A stretch of DNA of 64,000 bases. Source: Bacteroidales bacterium. GTDB lineage: Bacteria > Bacteroidota > Bacteroidia > Bacteroidales > FEN-979. The DNA lies in the NCBI GenBank assembly GCA_963682005.1, contig OY820914.1, positions 3,908,145 to 3,972,144 on the forward strand. Reading direction: 5' to 3'. Under the pieces are notes generated by a model. It made no database searches, was not told where the DNA came from, and saw only the letters and a list, made by a program, of their open reading frames with translations. Positions 50,814-60,162 of the stretch are shown piece by piece. A program made the translations under genes and the position numbers. How positions within the stretch are numbered: position 1 is the stretch's first letter; each line of letters begins with the position of its first letter.

Positions 50814-50920
50814 ATTTTTTTGTTTTTAAATTATGTATTCGGGATTTAACCTGAAAAATAAAATTAAAATAAAAAACGACTGTTATCCTGAAATTATTCA
50901 AAAATATTTTACCGGCTCCT

Positions 50921-51547
50921 TCAATTTACTTTACCCAATCTGAATATCAGACCACCAGTAAAACCGAACTGGACCATGGATGAATACACGGTTGCACCGC
51001 CTCCGCCGCCACCCGTTCCCGCAAACATCGAGAAGCCTGCACCCTGGACCGGCAGATACATCTGGGCCTGCAACCGGATGCCGAAATTCTTTGCGAAATA
51101 GACTTTTGCACCACCGTTCATTCCGATTGAAAAGAACCATGTAGCTGTATAATCTTCCTTCGGGTCCATCAGGCATGCGCCAAGATTAAAGCCTACAAAG
51201 GGTGATACTGTTGGATTTACCCTGAAATTCTTGGTGAAACCAACCTGCATATAATTAATGCTCAAAGGAATCGACTGTGTAAACGGATTTCCATAATAGT
51301 AATATGCATTAACATCAGCTTTTGTATCGATCCTGTTGTAGATAAGATCAACGTCCATAACCCGGCTTACCCCGATACTGATCATCCCTCCGTACTGGGC
51401 ATTATCATGAAAATAGATATCCCCGCCATCAGCATTCATCCTGCTGGCGAAAACATAACCCCCGAAAGGTACGATTTCTACCGTCTGGGCTTTAACGAAT
51501 AACGTTGTAAAAAGTGCTGCAATAACAATGAGTAAAATCTTTTTCAT
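50921..51547 (-). CDS. outer-membrane beta-barrel protein (porin-family-like)
   Basis: Signal peptide (MKKILLIVIAALFTTLFVKAQ), alternating beta-strand pattern, Gly-rich loops. The start is trimmed from 51568. Confidence 0.5.
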   Translation of the reverse strand: MKKILLIVIAALFTTLFVKAQTVEIVPFGGYVFASRMNADGGDIYFHDNAQYGGMISIGVSRVMDVDLIYNRIDTKADVNAYYYYGNPFTQSIPLSINYMQVGFTKNFRVNPTVSPFVGFNLGACLMDPKEDYTATWFFSIGMNGGAKVYFAKNFGIRLQAQMYLPVQGAGFSMFAGTGGGGGGATVYSSMVQFGFTGGLIFRLGKVN

Positions 51548-51606
51548 AGTCTTCAGTTTTTTCGGCAAACATAAAAATAAAAACCAGAGAAATCAAATCT
51601 TTCAGG

Positions 51607-51641
51607 AATTATGAATTATGAGTTTGAGTTATGAATTATGA
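51607..51641. repeat. AATTATG-family tandem repeat
   Basis: Reads aattatgaattatgagtttgagttatgaattatga; compare 23872-23899. Confidence 0.85.
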
Positions 51642-51664
51642 TACAAATTGTTTCCTTAATCTCA

Positions 51665-51699
51665 CGCATCCCGCATCCCGTATCCCGCATCCCGCATCA
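51665..51699. repeat. tandem heptamer array CGCATCC (=CCCGCAT family) x 5
   Basis: Reads cgcatcccgcatcccgtatcccgcatcccgcatca and overlaps the TGA stop (51697-51699) of the M6 protease gene. Confidence 0.9.
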
Positions 51700-54318
51700 C
51701 TTATTAATGATCAGATCCCCATTTGTTACCACCGTTACGCCCGGAATCGTTGAAAATGTCGCCGACGGCTGGATCGTAACTGACTTTGCATTTACGGTCG
51801 ATGTTAATGTGCAGGTTCCGGAATTAATAATGATGTTGTCAAAGGAACCAGGAAGATATTGCGGCGTCCAGTTGGAAGTGGAAGTCCAATCCCCTGTTCC
51901 GTTCCAGGTCATTGTATTTTCAGTGATCGCAACATCGTCGAGGCATACGCCAAAGCTGAAGTTAGCCATTCCTTCAAAAGCAAGAAAATAGGTGGAAGAT
52001 GGATTCGGTATAAGAATCGATTCGGATTTCCACCCGATTACGTTCGATGTGTATGAAGCCAGGAGGGTCCAGTCATCATGGGGGGAAGACCGGTAATATA
52101 CCTTCATCTGGTCCTGGTAGGGAGCCCAGAATTCCTGCGAATGCCAGAACCGCAGGACAGGTGTATTCATACCCGACAAGTTCAGCGTCGGGCTGATCAT
52201 TCTCGTTACCGGATGTGTGTAATCGCCGATGAAAAGGATCGCATTGTACGAACCGGAATGGGCTGCAGACGGATGAGCTCCGCCGGTATATCCGCCATTC
52301 TGGAATTGCCAGTCAAGCGTTCCGGATTCATGCGATTGAGTCCAGCAATAGGGCATCGATCCTGTATGCTCAAAATCCTCGATCCATGGAAAAGTATTGA
52401 TAACGGTACAAAATGTGGTCGCTTGAGCAGTTACGCCGGGAGAATATGTAACCCCGGTCAGGATGGACCATATTTTATAGTAGCAAGTGGTATTCGGACT
52501 TAATGATGTATGGCTGTAAAGCGTATTTCCGCCATTATACATCACGGTTCCGCCTCCCGGAATGGAATTTCCGGCCGGATAGTTTGTCCCGTTGACCGGA
52601 GTCCCGAAAACACCGGTGGGACTGTATGCAAGGACCACAGGGTTATTGTATATGTTCTTCCCCCACGACACGTCGATCTGGCTTGTGTTTACGGCAGATG
52701 CCGTGAAATTTGAAGGATCAGTAGGAGGGGCGCAAGCGATGAAGCAAAAGGTGATTTCTTTTGTTGTATTATTCTCCGTTACGTTCGTAATCGGGTAATT
52801 TGTATTTGCTCCTGCCCATGAATGGGAATTCGGAGTGGTGGCATCGGTAAACGATGTAATAGAAGAAGTCCCGGGAAAAGGACAGGTGCTGCTGTTTATC
52901 GAACCGTATACAGAAGGCGGGTTTCCTGTCGCATTGGCACAAACAGGATACAAACCCTGGTGACTCCCGGCATTGATATCATTCGCATTCATGTGAGATG
53001 AAATGTAGTTCCCGTCAACATGATAGATCATCAGCCCGTGTCCCGGAATGGAAAGGTTAAAGCCCGTCTGCTGCCGGTTTTCACATAGGAAATATTCATT
53101 TGCTGTTGTCGTGTTGTACCGGAAAACATCTGTATAGGTCTGGATATTCCTTACAGTGGCAATCTGCTGGTAGGTCATCACGGTCGGATTGGTCCAGGTA
53201 AAGAATGTTTTGATCCAGGGATTCGGATGAGGAGGCTTGGAGCCGGATGGACTTCCGTTCCATGAGCCGCTGGCCATGACATCCCAGCTGCCGGTGCCAT
53301 TGTATTGCCCGTTGGTACTGTAATCCGTATCATAGAAATCAGGGGATCCCAGGTTATGCCCGAATTCATGACACATCACACCGATGTTTGTCATCGATGA
53401 AGTCCCTGATTTTTCAGGGATGGTCGTGTATTCTGTTACCTGGACTCCGTCGAAGGTACGTTGAGAAAGCGTGAAGCCTGCTGAAGCAAGATCCCAGCTG
53501 TGAGACCAGACATCAAGGGTGCTTCCTGATTCTTCCTGACCGCGGCCCTGGTGGGTGAGGCAAACTCCGTCTACAATCCCGTTCCCGTTGTTATCATAAA
53601 GGGCATAATTGACGCCTGCCTGCTGATCGGCGGCAACCACCGCATCATAAGCAAACTGTCCCCACATGGATTCAGGACCATAATAATCATGGGGATGCGA
53701 GAGCGTTACCCAAACGGTTACCGTCGTATTTACCGTGAGTAAGCCATACGATACCTCCAGGTAAAAATCCCTGAAACTCCCGCTGCTGTTATAATTCACC
53801 TGGTTCATCAGGTTATTGAAGTTCGTTTGTGTATACGTGGTTGACGTGTTTGAGAAATTTGCCATGATCATCAGGTGGGTGCGCACTCCGGTGGTTGGGA
53901 AGCCTCCCATCATCGTTGCATCGGAATTAGAATCCCTGTGAAGCAATTTTTTCATTTCCGTGATCTGCGGGTCACTGAATCTTAACCCTTTTGCGATTGT
54001 GGCAAGGAACTGAAGTTCTTCCTGGGTACGTAGTCCTTCAGCATGAACTCTTACGCCTGAGAAAATCAGTTGACCGTCATGTGAATGCTTTGCATACTCA
54101 TAAAACCCCTGCTTGTTGGAGAGGATGGTATATCCGTCAGGTGTTGCTGCCCAATGGACGAATTCGTCTCCCTGGTTGATGATGGTGATTACAGATCCGT
54201 CAGGTTGATGGTATTGTACAGGGTCAGGGTAGGCAATTACGGCTTCCGCTTTTTGCGTGAATACAATGTTTTGCAAGATCATCACGCAGGCAACTGCAAT
54301 CAGGAAAAGCTTTTTCAT
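51697..54318 (-). CDS. secreted M6-family (immune inhibitor A-like) zinc metalloprotease with FN3-like and lectin/MAM-like C-terminal module
   Basis: 873 aa with a signal peptide and the zinc motif VMCHEFGHNLGSPDFYD. The C-terminal ~335 aa are homologous to the C-terminus of the adjacent BNR protein. Confidence 0.75.
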   Translation of the reverse strand: MKKLFLIAVACVMILQNIVFTQKAEAVIAYPDPVQYHQPDGSVITIINQGDEFVHWAATPDGYTILSNKQGFYEYAKHSHDGQLIFSGVRVHAEGLRTQEELQFLATIAKGLRFSDPQITEMKKLLHRDSNSDATMMGGFPTTGVRTHLMIMANFSNTSTTYTQTNFNNLMNQVNYNSSGSFRDFYLEVSYGLLTVNTTVTVWVTLSHPHDYYGPESMWGQFAYDAVVAADQQAGVNYALYDNNGNGIVDGVCLTHQGRGQEESGSTLDVWSHSWDLASAGFTLSQRTFDGVQVTEYTTIPEKSGTSSMTNIGVMCHEFGHNLGSPDFYDTDYSTNGQYNGTGSWDVMASGSWNGSPSGSKPPHPNPWIKTFFTWTNPTVMTYQQIATVRNIQTYTDVFRYNTTTANEYFLCENRQQTGFNLSIPGHGLMIYHVDGNYISSHMNANDINAGSHQGLYPVCANATGNPPSVYGSINSSTCPFPGTSSITSFTDATTPNSHSWAGANTNYPITNVTENNTTKEITFCFIACAPPTDPSNFTASAVNTSQIDVSWGKNIYNNPVVLAYSPTGVFGTPVNGTNYPAGNSIPGGGTVMYNGGNTLYSHTSLSPNTTCYYKIWSILTGVTYSPGVTAQATTFCTVINTFPWIEDFEHTGSMPYCWTQSHESGTLDWQFQNGGYTGGAHPSAAHSGSYNAILFIGDYTHPVTRMISPTLNLSGMNTPVLRFWHSQEFWAPYQDQMKVYYRSSPHDDWTLLASYTSNVIGWKSESILIPNPSSTYFLAFEGMANFSFGVCLDDVAITENTMTWNGTGDWTSTSNWTPQYLPGSFDNIIINSGTCTLTSTVNAKSVTIQPSATFSTIPGVTVVTNGDLIINK

Positions 54319-54424
54319 AGGGTTATCAGTTAGATTTGGAGATCATTTCTGATCGTGTTTCAAATATGGTGTTCAGTAATTCGTTGCAAAATGTTGTTTG
54401 GATCTTCCTATAAAATCTTTTATG

Positions 54425-57400
54425 CTATTTATAAATGATGAAATCACCCTCCGTGGTGATTATGGTGGACGGGCTTGTTGTTAGTATTGCCCCCGGCTTG
54501 ATCGAGATCGATTTCGTTGTCAGGGTAGTGGATGATGTACAGTTTCCTGAATTAATGACGACATTATCGAATGAACCCGGAATGAACGGAGGTGTCCAGT
54601 TATTGTAAGTAGTCCAGTCGCCTGTACCGTTCCAGGTCAGGGTATTTGAAGTGACTGCAATATCATCGATGCTTATTCCATAACCATAATTGGCCGCGCC
54701 TTCAAAAGCAATGTAATACACAGGTGACGGATTCGGCAGCAGGAGCGATTCACATTTCCAGGAAGAAATACTTGAAGTGTAACTGGCCAGGAGATTCCAT
54801 GAGCCAGTGGCAGAAGTCCTGTAATAGACCGACAGGTTGTCCTGATCGCCAGACCATACCTCCTGTGCATGCCAGAAGCGGAGGACAGGGCTTGTTAGCC
54901 CCGACAGGTTGATCGGCGGGCTGACCAGTTTTGTGACCGGGTGGGTATAATTTCCGATATAAAGCGTTGCATTGTAAGATCCCGTATGGGCAGTGGATGG
55001 ATGAGAACCGCCCGTATAGCCACCGTTCTGGCAGATCCAGCTTGTTGTTCCGGATTCATAGACCTGGGACCAGCAGGCAGGAGCAGCCCCGCTGTTCTCA
55101 AACCCTTCAAACCATGGGAATGTGCTGACAATGCTGCAGAATGTTGTTGCACTGGATGAAGATCCCATTGAGTACTGGATGGAAGAGTTATAAGACCATA
55201 TCTTATAATAATAGGTGGAATTGACATTCAACCCGGTGTGGTTGAACGATGTACTTGATCCGTTAACAAGAATTGTTCCTCCGCCGGGCAAAGAAGAACC
55301 AACATTATAGGATGTTCCGTTTACAGGTGTTCCGAAGGTGTTTGTGGTATTGTATGCAAGGATGACATTATTGTTGGAGGGATTTTTTGTCCAGGCGAGG
55401 TCTATCTCGGAGGAACTTACCGGTGCTGCCGCAAAATTTGAGGGATTGATCACACCCATTTCAATAAGGTCGCTCGACCATAAACCTCGACCGTATGTTG
55501 CAGCCTTCAGCTTTGAAGTGGCATAACTGCTGCCATAATAGATCTCGAGTTCCCTGACATCGACTACGGGCATTCCGGTATTGAACGGAATCCAGTCGGA
55601 CAGGGATGCATCCTTGTAAAAAATACCCGTCTCATTGGAGACATACAAGCCTTCATTGCTGTTCTTGTCATAAACCAGGCTGTTTGTATAAATGGACGGT
55701 AATGTTCCGGAGATGTTTGTCCAGGTGATTCCTTTGTCGGTAGATTTGAAGACATAATAGCCAGCTGTGGCATAAACTATATTTGCATTTGTCGGATGGG
55801 CTTCCAGATCAGTTGGGGTCGATCCGCCCGGAAGGGTGCAGGTTGTCCATGCGGGAGTTGCTGCCGTGCTATTATCGCTTCGTTTCAGTGATCCGCTCCT
55901 TACCACATAAAGGATTTCCGTATTGGCGGGAGAGTTCTCGAGAACTGAACAGTTGGCGGTCTCACCGGTTGAAATTGCGGTCCATGAAGGCGTGGCTTTC
56001 ACAGTGGTGCATCGCCAGACATTTTTATACCCGATGAACATTGTATTGGGATTTGTTTCATGGAGAATGTAAGGAGTGACCCATCCGCCTGACTCCGTAA
56101 TACCGTTAGCGCCATTCGCCGCGATCGTGCTGTAATAACCTCCTGTTGATCTTCGGATATCGCCATAGTAAAGAGCTCCGTAACGATAATTGGCATCGGT
56201 ATAATCAATGATGCATTCCATTCCGTCGCCGCCGATCACCGTGGTAAATGCTGAACCGTTGTTGGAGGCGGTCCCGTTATCCTGGTAACCATTGATCACA
56301 ACAGCCTCGTTGGTTGCGCTCTGACCGATCTTATATACCTGGGCGATGGCGAGACCGCTTGATTTGTTTGTCCAGGTTGTTCCGCCGTTTGCGGTATAGT
56401 AAAGTCCTCCGTCGCATCCTGTATATAGACGGCCGTCGGCAGGATTCCAGTCCAGGCTGTGAATATCTGCATGAACAGCCGGTACGCTGCAGGAACCTAC
56501 CCAATGTGTGTTTATGCTGAAACTTGTGCCTCCGTTTGTTGATTTCCAGATATTGATCCCGCCAATAAAGATGTTGTTCACGTTCGCAGGATCAACTGCA
56601 ATACACAGGTCGTACCAGGCCTGGGTGCTGGTCCCGCTTCCGTCACATGCGTAATCCATCATGTTTGGGGATGTACATTGCGTGGTAAAGGTTAGCCCGC
56701 TGTCAGCCGATCGCAGGAGCCCCGAAAATGATCCGTTGGTCTGGCACAGATAGACATACGCAGCATTGTTCGCACTGACTCCGATAACCATGCGTGTTCC
56801 GGTTATGACCCCCGATGTGATCTGTGTCCACGAATCCCCGGTATTGGCTGATCTGTAGAAGCGGCCTCCTTCAGTGGAATAGACGATGGTTGGGTCGCCG
56901 GGTTTGAATTTAAGATCTTTATAATGACTGGTATTGGATGATTTCCGGGCCCATGTGGCGCCGCCATCCGAAGATTTGTAGATGCCGCTGCTGGTAGCAG
57001 CCAGCAAAATACTTGGATTTGAGGGATGGATCAGCATCATTCCGACGGTTACATTTCCCATGCCGGTATTTGATACACTCCAGGTGGCTCCGCCGTCTGT
57101 ACTTTTATAAATACCCATTCCGGGGGCATCTCCTGCATCCCGGTCGCCGGTACCTATCCATATCGTATTGGGATTTGAAGGATGGACAATGACCGCCGAA
57201 ACGCCAAGCGTCGGCATGGATGCGGAGAGGTTAGTCCAGCTTGTTCCTCCGTTGCTTGTTTTCCAGAAACCTCCTGAAGGCGAACCGATATAAAATGTAT
57301 TTGCATCTGTCGGATGAAACCCGACCGCGTTGATGCGTCCAAGCCCGTTTGGCTGACTTGTTGAATTCGATGGCAGGGCGACAGGTCCGATGATCGTCCA

Positions 57401-57751
57401 GTTCCCGCTGGCCGATTTCGGCTCATGGGTCTTCATATAGCTTTCATACTGGTCGCTGACAAAACCGGGTGCGGGAAGTTTCCCGTCAGCCTGAACCCTT
57501 GGACTATTGATGTACTCCCAGCGCTTGAATACTTTCCACCCGTCACCTTTCGAAGGAGTGCGGTTCTGCCAGTATTTTTCAAACGCACTTTTTGTTGAAC
57601 TAAATTTTGCATTCGGATCCTGCATCATCTGGATCCAATAAGGATAGGTTGCGGTGTCAACCGCTGCGGACTGGGATCTTGACTGGGACTTTATCTGGAT
57701 GAAAGATAATAGTAAAATAATAGTGAAGAGTAATGGTTTTATTCCATTCAT
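54425..57751 (-). CDS. secreted BNR/Asp-box repeat (sortilin/Ycf48-like beta-propeller) protein with shared C-terminal module
   Basis: 1108 aa with a signal peptide and at least 8 Asp-box motifs (SxDxGxTW: TSNGGTSWTN, STDGGATWSV, SSDGGATWAR, SANTGDSWTQ, STNGGTSFS, TANGGTTWTN, STDKGITWTN). Confidence 0.7.
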   Translation of the reverse strand: MNGIKPLLFTIILLLSFIQIKSQSRSQSAAVDTATYPYWIQMMQDPNAKFSSTKSAFEKYWQNRTPSKGDGWKVFKRWEYINSPRVQADGKLPAPGFVSDQYESYMKTHEPKSASGNWTIIGPVALPSNSTSQPNGLGRINAVGFHPTDANTFYIGSPSGGFWKTSNGGTSWTNLSASMPTLGVSAVIVHPSNPNTIWIGTGDRDAGDAPGMGIYKSTDGGATWSVSNTGMGNVTVGMMLIHPSNPSILLAATSSGIYKSSDGGATWARKSSNTSHYKDLKFKPGDPTIVYSTEGGRFYRSANTGDSWTQITSGVITGTRMVIGVSANNAAYVYLCQTNGSFSGLLRSADSGLTFTTQCTSPNMMDYACDGSGTSTQAWYDLCIAVDPANVNNIFIGGINIWKSTNGGTSFSINTHWVGSCSVPAVHADIHSLDWNPADGRLYTGCDGGLYYTANGGTTWTNKSSGLAIAQVYKIGQSATNEAVVINGYQDNGTASNNGSAFTTVIGGDGMECIIDYTDANYRYGALYYGDIRRSTGGYYSTIAANGANGITESGGWVTPYILHETNPNTMFIGYKNVWRCTTVKATPSWTAISTGETANCSVLENSPANTEILYVVRSGSLKRSDNSTAATPAWTTCTLPGGSTPTDLEAHPTNANIVYATAGYYVFKSTDKGITWTNISGTLPSIYTNSLVYDKNSNEGLYVSNETGIFYKDASLSDWIPFNTGMPVVDVRELEIYYGSSYATSKLKAATYGRGLWSSDLIEMGVINPSNFAAAPVSSSEIDLAWTKNPSNNNVILAYNTTNTFGTPVNGTSYNVGSSLPGGGTILVNGSSTSFNHTGLNVNSTYYYKIWSYNSSIQYSMGSSSSATTFCSIVSTFPWFEGFENSGAAPACWSQVYESGTTSWICQNGGYTGGSHPSTAHTGSYNATLYIGNYTHPVTKLVSPPINLSGLTSPVLRFWHAQEVWSGDQDNLSVYYRTSATGSWNLLASYTSSISSWKCESLLLPNPSPVYYIAFEGAANYGYGISIDDIAVTSNTLTWNGTGDWTTYNNWTPPFIPGSFDNVVINSGNCTSSTTLTTKSISIKPGAILTTSPSTIITTEGDFIIYK

Positions 57752-57906
57752 ATCGATTTGGTTTAGAATGAATCAGTAAGTCCATGATAAGGGTTGATCC
57801 ATGTATACATCAGAATATCAGGATGTAAATTTATAAAAAATTACGATAGAAAAGGCAAATGGTCCGGGAAAAATAACCCGTGCATTTAATTTTTACCTTT
57901 GCGGAC

Positions 57907-58188
57907 ATGGAGAATGATACGGGGAAAAAAGGAAAAAGTAAGTGGGTCAGGTATCTCGGTTTCGGTCTGATATTCCTGACATGGATCATCTGGGGTGTGA
58001 TCTTCCTGATCCCTTTCCTTCATCTTGGATTGAAAAAAGCGGCGATCGCAACAACGGTCCTCTTAATCGCCACAAATATTTTTTACCTTGGACTTTTTCT
58101 TGTCGGGAAAGAACTTGCAGAGAAGTTCAATATCCGGGGAAAGATAAAGGCCTGGATGATGAGGAGGAAATCAAAAGGCGGAGGATAG
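57907..58188 (+). CDS. small two-TM membrane protein (transporter-suffix-domain-like)
   Basis: About 93 aa from MENDTGKK with two hydrophobic helices (LGFGLIFLTWIIWGVIFLIPFL and AAIATTVLLIATNIFYLGLFLVG). The family name is from memory only. Confidence 0.4.
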   Translation: MENDTGKKGKSKWVRYLGFGLIFLTWIIWGVIFLIPFLHLGLKKAAIATTVLLIATNIFYLGLFLVGKELAEKFNIRGKIKAWMMRRKSKGGG

Positions 58189-58213
58189 TGAATAGTGAAT
58201 AGTGAATAGTGAA
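58186..58213. repeat. tandem heptamer array TAGTGAA x 4
   Basis: Reads tagtgaatagtgaatagtgaatagtgaa, starting at the TAG stop of the upstream gene. Confidence 0.9.
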
Positions 58214-58243
58214 CAGCGATTTAGGATTAAGGTCAATTAGAAA

Positions 58244-58681
58244 TTAGTCTTTTAATCCGCGTTTAATTGCGGGAAAAAATGAATTGATAATGTTTTTCGC
58301 CTCTTCAAGAGATTGATATTCCTTTACAAGGATACCGGGGCAGCCGGAGATCATGGCTGAAAGTTTCTTTCCTTCCTGATTTCGGTACAGACAAATGATC
58401 TTCTTTCCAAGGTCAAGTGCTTTGGCGATCTCAAAACCGACGCCGAGGCTTGGCGTTGAAACTTCGGCAACAACAAACTCAGAGGATGAGAGCCACTCAA
58501 GGTCACGTTCGAAGATTTCCCGGTCTGTCATGTTCTCCTCGCCGGAAGGGGTAAGCGCTGAACTACCTACATGTTCTGTGAGCACTTCACCGATTGTCTG
58601 AAGGTACCCGATGATCTGCCGGTAAATTTCCTTGTCATTCCGTCCGCCCCGGATCGAGCCTGCAAAATAGATCTTCTTCAT
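58244..58681 (-). CDS. nucleoside 2-deoxyribosyltransferase-fold protein, DNPH1 (2'-deoxynucleoside 5'-phosphate N-hydrolase)-like
   Basis: 145 aa. MKKIYFAGSIRGGRNDKEIYRQIIGYLQTIGEVLTEHVG closely parallels the DNPH1/Rcl N-terminus (IYFCGSIRGGR.D...Y..I...L...G.VLTEHV). Confidence 0.6.
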   Translation of the reverse strand: MKKIYFAGSIRGGRNDKEIYRQIIGYLQTIGEVLTEHVGSSALTPSGEENMTDREIFERDLEWLSSSEFVVAEVSTPSLGVGFEIAKALDLGKKIICLYRNQEGKKLSAMISGCPGILVKEYQSLEEAKNIINSFFPAIKRGLKD

Positions 58682-59430
58682 CTTTTCTTATTTTTTCCGT
58701 CAGAACGGGGGCCAGGCGCGGCATTTCTGCCAACCCGGCAAACTGCCACACAAATCCCGCAGATCCGCCTGTCGATCTTTAAATGGGTTCGCCCGAATTC
58801 AATGCATTGTTCCCTGCACCGGTAAGCGTTAAAAAAGACATCACGGTCAGTATGAATGTCCCATAACTGACCGGTTGCCGCGCCTGCCGGGCATTTTTCG
58901 ACACAAATAATACATTTGCCGCACCTGCTTTTTTCAATCGGTTCATCACCGAGCTTAATTTCGTGATTGATCAGGATGCTGGCAAGTCTTAATCTTGCCC
59001 CAAATTTTGTTGAAATAAAAAGATCCGTTTTGCCTATCCATCCAAGCCCGGCACGTGTTGCCACCATTTTATGGGAAACTTCGTACCTGAGATTGGGGAG
59101 AAGACGGTCAAAGGTTTCAGGATCCGTTGAGATGGTCGGTTTGACTGCCATCGCAAGGATCCCGCAATCTTTTAGTTCCGCTACGACATCTTCACAAACT
59201 GCCTGCAGCTTAAGGTTTATCTCCGTGAAATGGTCGAGGTATTCAAGGGTCGGAGCTTCCGTGATTTTGTCGATGATCTCATCATCCAGTTTGCATCCGA
59301 TCGAAATTCCATAGGGATATTCGCTGAATTTTTCATCCAAAAGCCCCCTGAGATCGGCAAAACCGAATATATACCTTTCTTCAGGGATTAAATGGCTTCT
59401 GAGAATTTTGCTCAAACCGGAATTTGTCAT
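58678..59430 (-). CDS. QueG/reductive-dehalogenase-superfamily 4Fe-4S protein (short, epoxyqueuosine-reductase-like)
   Basis: 250 aa with HKMVATRAGLGWIGKTDLFIS (QueG-like core) and two ferredoxin-type Cys clusters (CGKCIICVEKCP and CGICVAVC). It has an ATGA overlap with the downstream gene. Confidence 0.55.
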   Translation of the reverse strand: MTNSGLSKILRSHLIPEERYIFGFADLRGLLDEKFSEYPYGISIGCKLDDEIIDKITEAPTLEYLDHFTEINLKLQAVCEDVVAELKDCGILAMAVKPTISTDPETFDRLLPNLRYEVSHKMVATRAGLGWIGKTDLFISTKFGARLRLASILINHEIKLGDEPIEKSRCGKCIICVEKCPAGAATGQLWDIHTDRDVFFNAYRCREQCIEFGRTHLKIDRRICGICVAVCRVGRNAAPGPRSDGKNKKR

Positions 59431-59487
59431 GGGTCTTGATTCTACGTGAACATTAGGGTATTATGTTTCCATCACTCCATCACTTTA

Positions 59488-60162
59488 TCACTTTACCACC
59501 TTCTTTTTAAGCGAAGTGATCTTAAAGCTCAACCCGATATGTGTGCTCAGGTTGTTCCAGATATACTTTGTATTCCAATATGGATTGGAGATTCCCGGAT
59601 ACATGCCTGAAGTATGATAGCCTGCCTGAGAGATGACATAGTCCAGCGTATAATACAATCCAAATCGCCCTTCCGTATCAAAGAACAGGTTATAACCGAG
59701 TCCGATCACATTGTTGATATACATATCATTTTCTGTAAATGAGTTAAATAAAGTAGCCACCTGGGGATATCGGTCTCCTTTAAAACGCAGGTACTCGAAG
59801 GCATAATGAATGACCAGGTTTTCCCTCCCATAAACATCAAATACGTAAAACTTATAACCGGCGATAGCCCCGACACAGGAATTGAGCTTCTCTTCAGGAT
59901 ACGTACCATTATAGAACAAAGCATCGGTCTTTAACGGGTAAACAATTCCGGCAGAAAACTCATGCTTGCCTGTCCTGATGTATGGCGCAACATAAATTGC
60001 GCTCATGTATTTCTTGAGGTAATCCTTATTGGCAGGGAAGTTGGTAAAACCACCCGCCGTGATCCCAAACTCCTTCATCTCCTGGTCAGACTGGGAAAAA
60101 AGGTTTTTAGTGAGCCCGGTAATAACCAGGACTGAACAAAATACTGCAATGATTGTTTTCAT
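59488..60162 (-). CDS. hypothetical secreted / outer-membrane protein
   Basis: 224 aa with a signal peptide (MKTIIAVFCSVLVITGL) and a Tyr/Gly-rich alternating pattern suggestive of a beta-barrel. Confidence 0.45.
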   Translation of the reverse strand: MKTIIAVFCSVLVITGLTKNLFSQSDQEMKEFGITAGGFTNFPANKDYLKKYMSAIYVAPYIRTGKHEFSAGIVYPLKTDALFYNGTYPEEKLNSCVGAIAGYKFYVFDVYGRENLVIHYAFEYLRFKGDRYPQVATLFNSFTENDMYINNVIGLGYNLFFDTEGRFGLYYTLDYVISQAGYHTSGMYPGISNPYWNTKYIWNNLSTHIGLSFKITSLKKKVVK

